From: a virus
IMG/VR virus record: IMGVR_UViG_3300009431_000014
Span: 5,909 to 69,908 of that record
Length of the DNA: 64,000 nucleotides
Direction: 5' to 3' (one strand)
The translations under genes were made by a program, and so were the position numbers. Every line of letters begins with the position of its first letter. Position 1 is the first letter of the stretch. The notes beneath the pieces were generated by a model that was given only the letters and a program-made list of their open reading frames with translations, did not search any database and was not told where the DNA came from. Positions 57,964 through 64,000 of this stretch are shown here, piece by piece.

Positions 57964-60363
57964 ATGTTAGAACGCAGAGTTGGGGACAATTTCCTTTCAA
58001 ATCTGATGGGGAAACTAAAGAAGGTTGAGTTGAACGCTGTTACGTTCGAACAGCAAGAAGAGCGTCAACAGAAACCTACGGGTGAAGATGATATAATCCA
58101 TACGGGTGTGACTGTGAAGATCGCTCAAGGTCAAGACGGCAAATGGGGATGGTCTGTTCAAGATCCTTTACCAGAGTCTATTGGTTCTCAAGAATATGAG
58201 ACTAAAGAACTAGCGATTGAATCTGCTACGAAGTGGATTGACGAGAATATTAATAGTCTCCGTGAGGACAAGTTCAAGTCCGAGGAAGATAAAGCTGCCT
58301 ATAAGGCTGCGTTCGAAGATCTTGTGACTAAGTATTCTAATGGTCAGCTCAAGTTCGAAGAGCTCGTACCAAAGCTCCAAGACTTGAACCATCAGTATGT
58401 TAAGGAAGTAACTTTTAAGAATGGTTATAAACAATTACAAGAGCAGGCATCCAAAGAAGTCCCTGAGGGTGATCGTCTTGCTTATGGAGATGTCTCCGTT
58501 GGAGATGTTGTAACCGATGTGAATCAAGAACAGTTCTTGATAGTGGATAAATCTGACTCAGGATTAAAGGCTCTCGATCTCCAAGCATCTAATGAAGAAC
58601 TCAACTTGACTCCAGATGAATACGTACGTTGGACAGTCTCTGTCGATAAAGGAGGAGGTTTCGAGAAGTATGCAGACCTATTGAAGCAGTTCGGAGTCGG
58701 TGTCGAGGATGAATCTACAGCTTCTTTTAAGCTTGGTGATAAGGTCAGCGTAGATGGGAAGTCTGGAGTTGTCCATGATATCGCTGAGGAAGAGAAGCTT
58801 TACTTAATCAAGATGGATGAGTCCAAAGAGATCGTGAAGGTCCCATTCGGGGATTCTAAGATCACTGAATTAAAGGAACAAGACACTTATACAGTGCTCG
58901 CTCGTGGTATCTCTGATGAGATTGTAGCTAAGAAGATTGCGACCGATAAGAAAGGTGTCGTTCAGAAAGATGACCAGAACGAAGATAAATGGATGGTTGT
59001 CGTTAAGGAAGGTTCCGAGGAAGAACCTCCGAAGAAAACTGATGAAGGTAAATTCGAGAATGGGTTCACCGTAACACATAAAGGATTAGGTGGTGTGGTA
59101 CTGGCGACAGACTTCTTTAAAGAGTTAGCAGACGCTCAAAAACATCTAGCGGATATCGCATTGAGTGCAGAGCCTGATGATACGTTCTCTCTGGAAGCAG
59201 GAGAGTCCGAGAGTACCGAAGAGTCTGTTGAAGAAGGTAAGGAAGTTCCTGGACAACGTGATGGTACTGGACCTTACAAAGGTTCTGCTATGGCAGGTCA
59301 GCAAGGTAGACGTCAACAAGCTGGTGAAGAGTGTCCTGCCAAGGAAGAGTTGAAGAATCAAATACTAGATCTCCGCAAGGAATTAGCAGCTTTCAGAACA
59401 GCAGGAGATACGGATAGAGTTCAGGATCTCCAAGCTCAAATCGATGATCTTGAAGTCAAGTTAGCTAACACAGATGAATCTCAGGTCAACGAACCTGCAG
59501 CTGCACTCGATAGTCTAGCTAAAGAGGCAGGTAAATCCAAAGCTGACGCAGAACGGTATTATGGAGAAGCTAAGCAACAGCGGATGGAATCAGTTGGTAA
59601 ATCTGAAGATCAACTCACTGACGATGATTACTCTTATATCATGGGCGTAGTCAAGAAGAGACTGGGTTTGTCTACCGAAGCTGTTAAAGAAGATAAAGAT
59701 GAAGCTACGGTTCAACAGATCATGAGTCGATACGGGATGACCAAGGAAGACGCAGAGGATTTCTTTGCTAAACTTCAACATCATGGTATCGATCCCGATA
59801 AGTTCATCGGAGCTAGTGACCCTAAGGAAAGTGGTCAAGATCAAGTTCGGAAAGCGTTGAATGTCCTTGGAGCTCAGATTCGAAAAATCACTGATACAGG
59901 TGAAGGACGTTCGGAGTTGCCTGGATTGATGAAGAAGTACGAGAATCTAATAAAACAGTTCGCAGGGGAGTCAGTCGATGAAGCTATGAATCTAGGCTTG
60001 GCTAAAGCCACTGTGAGTCGTCTCTCCAAGAAGAAACCTGAAGAACTCAGTGATAAAGAGCAGGAACTTCTAACGCAGGCTCAAGAGGAACTCTCGAAGA
60101 ATGAGACGTTCCTTAAGGAAATGTATGATGACTACGGTTTTGTTCTGGAATTCAACGAACTCTCAGAGGATCTCCAGGAACAGAAAATCGATGAGTACAT
60201 CGAGTATTCCTACAAGGTTGGGAGTTATGAGTCTGATGAAGATGAAGAGGGTAACGAAGAAGCTGGACCAAAATTCAAAGATGCGGAAGAAGCTAAAGAA
60301 GATGAGGATAACAGGGACGAGGCTAGGACTTACATCGAAGCTCATTTCCCGATGTACTTTTAA
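57964..60363 (+). CDS. Large acidic multi-module protein, probable internal head protein
   Basis: 799 aa of short modules separated by (L/V)xE linkers; contains a GQRDGTGP motif. Confidence 0.5.
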   Translation: MLERRVGDNFLSNLMGKLKKVELNAVTFEQQEERQQKPTGEDDIIHTGVTVKIAQGQDGKWGWSVQDPLPESIGSQEYETKELAIESATKWIDENINSLREDKFKSEEDKAAYKAAFEDLVTKYSNGQLKFEELVPKLQDLNHQYVKEVTFKNGYKQLQEQASKEVPEGDRLAYGDVSVGDVVTDVNQEQFLIVDKSDSGLKALDLQASNEELNLTPDEYVRWTVSVDKGGGFEKYADLLKQFGVGVEDESTASFKLGDKVSVDGKSGVVHDIAEEEKLYLIKMDESKEIVKVPFGDSKITELKEQDTYTVLARGISDEIVAKKIATDKKGVVQKDDQNEDKWMVVVKEGSEEEPPKKTDEGKFENGFTVTHKGLGGVVLATDFFKELADAQKHLADIALSAEPDDTFSLEAGESESTEESVEEGKEVPGQRDGTGPYKGSAMAGQQGRRQQAGEECPAKEELKNQILDLRKELAAFRTAGDTDRVQDLQAQIDDLEVKLANTDESQVNEPAAALDSLAKEAGKSKADAERYYGEAKQQRMESVGKSEDQLTDDDYSYIMGVVKKRLGLSTEAVKEDKDEATVQQIMSRYGMTKEDAEDFFAKLQHHGIDPDKFIGASDPKESGQDQVRKALNVLGAQIRKITDTGEGRSELPGLMKKYENLIKQFAGESVDEAMNLGLAKATVSRLSKKKPEELSDKEQELLTQAQEELSKNETFLKEMYDDYGFVLEFNELSEDLQEQKIDEYIEYSYKVGSYESDEDEEGNEEAGPKFKDAEEAKEDEDNRDEARTYIEAHFPMYF

Positions 60364-60374
60364 GGAGGATCAAC

Positions 60375-60815
60375 ATGAACGAAGGTAGACTTTTAGAGGG
60401 TTTAAAGGGTGTCCATGAACAAGCAGTAGAACCGAGCACCGAAGCTCCCAAGCTCAGCGAGTTCCAAGAGAAACTCCAGCTTGTAGAGTATCTCACGAAG
60501 CAGGAGAATCTCACAGAGAAACAGCAAAAGTTTGTGGACGAGGTCAAGAATAGTTTGGAATACTTAATCAATGGACTGTTGGATTCGGTAGATTCCAGTG
60601 AGTCTTATACGACTCCCGAGTCTGCTGGGATTGCGAGCAAGACGTTGATCATTAAGGATGAGGAAACACTTGCTACAGTCTATGCGGATGAGATTTTTGT
60701 GAATCCTACATCTCGTGCGAATGCGATTCGAGAGTATTTGACTGATCAGGGATACACGCAAGATGGTGAGAATGAAATCGGAATTCAGGTGTGGAAGAAA
60801 TCGGCAACCGCCTAG
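60375..60815 (+). CDS. Putative internal head protein
   Basis: LLEGLKGVHEQ leader similar to 42949. Confidence 0.5.
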   Translation: MNEGRLLEGLKGVHEQAVEPSTEAPKLSEFQEKLQLVEYLTKQENLTEKQQKFVDEVKNSLEYLINGLLDSVDSSESYTTPESAGIASKTLIIKDEETLATVYADEIFVNPTSRANAIREYLTDQGYTQDGENEIGIQVWKKSATA

Positions 60816-60921
60816 GAGCCCTCTAGAGCGTTCGACGTTTAGGGGTGGGGCACGGCTAAGCCCCGAGCCTCGATCGGCTGGTAGAGAGCGAACTAGAGCG
60901 TGTTTTTAAGCGAAGGAGACA

Positions 60922-61254
60922 GTGATGGGACGAATTTTGGAAAAGTTGAAGAATTTGGCTGAAGGAATAATGAGTCCTGAGGATCTTAAAAATTCAATGG
61001 ATCATGGGGACGAATTAGTGGAATTACTCACTTCATTACCGACGTATTCCAGTGGTCTTGGATTCATGGCGATATACCCAGATCCAGAAGATGAGTTCTA
61101 TAATCAGTTAAGAAAATCTTATCCAGTGGATAACTCTTTGAATCATCAGAAAGGTAGTCATTGGGAAGTCGGTCGAGTAGGTCAAGGGATCTTCATTGCG
61201 AAGAGAACCGATAAACCTGTTGACTGGATGTATTTGACACAGAGAAGGGTCTAA
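60922..61254 (+). CDS. Stand-alone SSGLG-domain protein
   Basis: Paralogous to the C-terminal domain of the 838-aa protein. Confidence 0.6.
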   Translation: MMGRILEKLKNLAEGIMSPEDLKNSMDHGDELVELLTSLPTYSSGLGFMAIYPDPEDEFYNQLRKSYPVDNSLNHQKGSHWEVGRVGQGIFIAKRTDKPVDWMYLTQRRV

Positions 61255-61310
61255 GACAGTCTCTTAGATTCGTACTCGGGATTTGACAATCTTGAATTCG
61301 GAGGAGTTAG

Positions 61311-61934
61311 ATGATAAAACCTAAGCAGTCTATAGCGATGAAGAAGCGGTATGCTTCTGGTTATGTGAATCCTAGGAAGGGAAAACCTTCCTGGAATACA
61401 GATAAATCGCTATCTCCTACCCATCGGTTGAATCTATCAGTCTCCCATAAGAAGAGATGGCGAGATCCTGAGTACCGAGAGCGAATGCGTGTCGCACATC
61501 TCGGTAACCAGTCTCACCTAGGGATGAAGTGCTCGAAGGCTTCTAGAACAAGGATGAGTCTCGCTAATAATGGGAAGGGTGGTAGAGGACGAAGAGGGTA
61601 CTTCCACTCAGCCAAGAACAGTTGTTCCATCTACTACCAGTCTTCTTATGAGTTAAGAGCCTATATTAAGTTGGAGGAAGACTCGACGGTTGTCAGCTTC
61701 GGCAGGTGTAGATTCTTCGTGCACTATCTTTTAGACGGGTTTGTCAGGAGATATACACCAGATATTATGGTAGAGTTCGTGGATGGTAGAGAGGTTATCA
61801 TCGAGGTCAAATCTGATTGGGTGCTGCGACATAAAGAAGCTTCTCGGCATCTGGGACTTAAATTGAAAGTGCTAAGGGAATACTGTGATTCGAATGGGTT
61901 GGATATGGAATTATGGACGGAGGAGGACTTATGA
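61311..61934 (+). CDS. NUMOD3 + TnsA-like PD-(D/E)XK endonuclease (probable homing endonuclease)
   Basis: KGKPSWN/AHLG repeats; YQSSYEL..YTPD..IEVK..WTEEDL. Confidence 0.75.
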   Translation: MIKPKQSIAMKKRYASGYVNPRKGKPSWNTDKSLSPTHRLNLSVSHKKRWRDPEYRERMRVAHLGNQSHLGMKCSKASRTRMSLANNGKGGRGRRGYFHSAKNSCSIYYQSSYELRAYIKLEEDSTVVSFGRCRFFVHYLLDGFVRRYTPDIMVEFVDGREVIIEVKSDWVLRHKEASRHLGLKLKVLREYCDSNGLDMELWTEEDL

Positions 61935-62872
61935 TTATAGCCTTCGATTGGGATAATACTTTGTTCAGAATGGGTGCTGATTACACCATTGGCGAGCCTA
62001 TACAGAGTGTTATTGACACCTTGAAAAGATTATACGAAGAAGGACATACGATTATTATCTGGTCTTGTAGGACTGAAGATCAGATAGAACCTGTCCTCAA
62101 AAAGTATGCAATTCCTTGTCATCAGCTTAATCAGAAATCTCTAGAGAAAGCTGACATCTATCAATCTCCTACCGATAAAATTCATTACGATGTGTTAATC
62201 GACGATAAGACAGTCAACCCCTATGGAGTAGAAGACCTTTATGATAGAATTATGGCAACTTATGATATTCGTAATAAAATCACTACTCTTGGTGGTTGTA
62301 CTATTGATAATCATGAGTCTCGTAGATCGATTCGGCTAGAGACTCAACTTCAAGAGCTTGATTGGAAGCAAGCATTAGCTACTGGGATGATTGGGTTATC
62401 TATGTTAGGAGGCTTCGATTCACCAGAAGCTCTAGCCAAAGCAGTCGGGAAGCCTGCTGTAGTGAGACCAGTTAAAGATCCTGACATGGTAGCGATGGTT
62501 ATTGCAGGTGAAGCAGCAGGTGAAGGTGCTAAAGGAATGCTTGCTGTAGCCTGTGTGGTTCAGAATAGAATGGTTGGCGGTAAGACAGCGAAGAGTATTG
62601 TAGCTGCACCCGCACAGTTCAGTGCTTACGCAGATAAAGCACTAATGAAAAGGAATTATAAGGATGTTAAGGACGAAGCTGATAAACTTGCGGATCAACT
62701 TGGAACTCTTCAAGATATCACTGGTGGTGCTACTCATTATGTGGCGAAGTGGTTATATGACAAAGCATTGGCAAGTGCGGAATGGGCTAAGAAGAATAAC
62801 GTTACCTGGATTCGTAATATGGATAAAACGAAGGTGATTGGCAAGCATGTCTTTATGAAGGAGAAGTCATGA
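61931..62872 (+). CDS. HAD-like domain fused to SleB/Hydrolase_2 cell-wall hydrolase
   Basis: IAFDWDNTL, IIWSCR, LIDDK (HAD); IAGEAAGE..GMLAVA.VV.NR..QFS..GGATHY..IGKHVF (SleB). Confidence 0.8.
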   Translation: MIIAFDWDNTLFRMGADYTIGEPIQSVIDTLKRLYEEGHTIIIWSCRTEDQIEPVLKKYAIPCHQLNQKSLEKADIYQSPTDKIHYDVLIDDKTVNPYGVEDLYDRIMATYDIRNKITTLGGCTIDNHESRRSIRLETQLQELDWKQALATGMIGLSMLGGFDSPEALAKAVGKPAVVRPVKDPDMVAMVIAGEAAGEGAKGMLAVACVVQNRMVGGKTAKSIVAAPAQFSAYADKALMKRNYKDVKDEADKLADQLGTLQDITGGATHYVAKWLYDKALASAEWAKKNNVTWIRNMDKTKVIGKHVFMKEKS

Positions 62873-63174
62873 AGATAAAAGATCTAGTTACAGATATGAG
62901 AGCTTGGCTGTTCCTGATAGGATTTGTTGCGATAGCGTCTACGACAGCACTCGGTTGGTGGAAGTTGCCTGGACGTGTTGATGAGGTTGAATCTCAGGCG
63001 GATGAGAACAAGGATCATGTGCAGAAAGTCGCTGAGAGTGTAGATAAATACGTAGAGATCCAAAAGGTAAAAGATAGTGAGCGTGAGAAAAGGTACCAAG
63101 AACAGATGACGCACCAACATAAGCAAAACGAGATGATGTGGAAGGTTCTGGAAAGGGTTACTAAGGAGGAGTGA
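62869..63174 (+). CDS. Single-TM coiled-coil protein (possible holin/spanin-like)
   Basis: N-terminal transmembrane segment, next to the hydrolase. Confidence 0.4.
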   Translation: MKIKDLVTDMRAWLFLIGFVAIASTTALGWWKLPGRVDEVESQADENKDHVQKVAESVDKYVEIQKVKDSEREKRYQEQMTHQHKQNEMMWKVLERVTKEE

Positions 63175-63373
63175 ATGGCATGGTTCGTAGGTATACGATC
63201 ACGAAGAATACCCTCCTCTTGGAGAAGATTGTGATGACGAACCGCTTACGGAGTTTGAAGAGCCAACTCCAGATGCAACATGATAAGTCAGAACATTGGA
63301 AGGGAGCTGCGAGAGTGGTTAAGAAAAGATTAGATGCGATTGAGACGATACTGGATTACTTGGGGGATGTTTA

Positions 63374-63844
63374 ATGGCTGATGATCAGAATGTCAAATTG
63401 TTACCGATTGATGTAGTAAACACAATCCGTCAACATATGGATACTGTAGTTGATATATACGGATTCCCATGTGAGCTCTATATCCCGAAGCAAGGTCATA
63501 TTGAGCAAAGGGAACAGCTCGATGTATATAATGAACGTCCAGACCTTGGGGATGCAGGATTCGAAGAGGTTATTCTTACAAAGGTTTTTATCGAGTGGGC
63601 ACCTGATATTAAGAAACTAAGAAGATTAGGGATTTTCACAGAGGGCGACCTACCGATTGTTGGATGGTTTAAATACAGTGAAGCAGATTATAATTTACAA
63701 AGGAATAGTTATATTAAGATCAATATCAACTATATTCCTGATCAATGGAAGACAGATGAATTCGAGTTGATTGATTGTCTAATCAGGAACATGTATAACG
63801 CAGTAGCCATCCAAGCATGGAGATTGGCTCCAAGGAGAAAATAA
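63374..63844 (+). CDS. Putative neck/head-closure protein (gp14-like)
   Basis: IYG.PC.LYIP..KLRRLG..E..LP pattern; late-region position. Confidence 0.4.
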   Translation: MADDQNVKLLPIDVVNTIRQHMDTVVDIYGFPCELYIPKQGHIEQREQLDVYNERPDLGDAGFEEVILTKVFIEWAPDIKKLRRLGIFTEGDLPIVGWFKYSEADYNLQRNSYIKININYIPDQWKTDEFELIDCLIRNMYNAVAIQAWRLAPRRK

Positions 63845-64000
63845 TGATTAACTTGTTTAGTAAATTCAGAAAATTACACGAGCAGGTCAGCGATTACCGT
63901 GCTGAGGTTGATGTCGAGATCTACACCAAGGATAATAAATATATTGAGACAGACAAAGCTTCAGTACCATTCAGTCTCGATACAGAATTCCGTAGTTGGG
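63844..64000 (+). CDS. 3'-truncated ORF with MINLFSKFRKLHEQ leader
   Basis: ATG overlapping the previous stop; open to the window end. Confidence 0.5.
   Translation, partial: MINLFSKFRKLHEQVSDYRAEVDVEIYTKDNKYIETDKASVPFSLDTEFRSW

Noticed and set aside
60844-60863. Possible third DGY-NN array (GGT-GG GGC-AC GGC-TA AGC-CC)
   Set aside because: Only four units, far from the RAMP gene and explained by a GC hairpin
1-64000. Stop-codon reassignment, tRNA genes, integrase, or introns/inteins in polA, recA or terL
   Set aside because: Core genes are full length in code 11 with tight packing; I recognised no cloverleaf, recombinase or splicing motifs by eye

Overview
The window is a 64-kb segment of a large lytic dsDNA tailed phage with a distantly T4-like head module. 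Essentially all real genes lie on the + strand in standard genetic code. From left to right it contains: (1) DNA-modification and nucleotide-metabolism genes (two SAM methyltransferases, glycosyltransferase, PIG-L deacetylase, HD hydrolases, nucleoside deoxyribosyltransferase, ThyX); (2) replication and recombination genes (primase, ligase, UDG-PolA fusion, SSB, RecA, 5'-3' exonuclease, Mre11/Rad50, RuvC), two sigma-like factors and a Mor-like activator; (3) an accessory region (epimerase, dapB, phosphatase); (4) a morphogenesis module (GroES-like protein, terminase, portal, putative internal head proteins, protease-scaffold, major capsid, neck). The top finding is at 33.5-34.5 kb. A stand-alone Cas7/RAMP-like gene is followed by two non-coding tracts built of 5-nt units, each a conserved (G/A/T)G(T/C) triplet plus a variable dinucleotide. 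This is a candidate non-CRISPR RNA-guided system with a gapped targeting code (VIPR-like). Other notable features are a well-formed twister ribozyme upstream of the protease/capsid genes, a phage-specific promoter motif present about nine times, several long structured intergenic elements, and a cassette of variable proteins sharing an N-terminal leader. All protein assignments come from motif recognition by eye, not from database searches.
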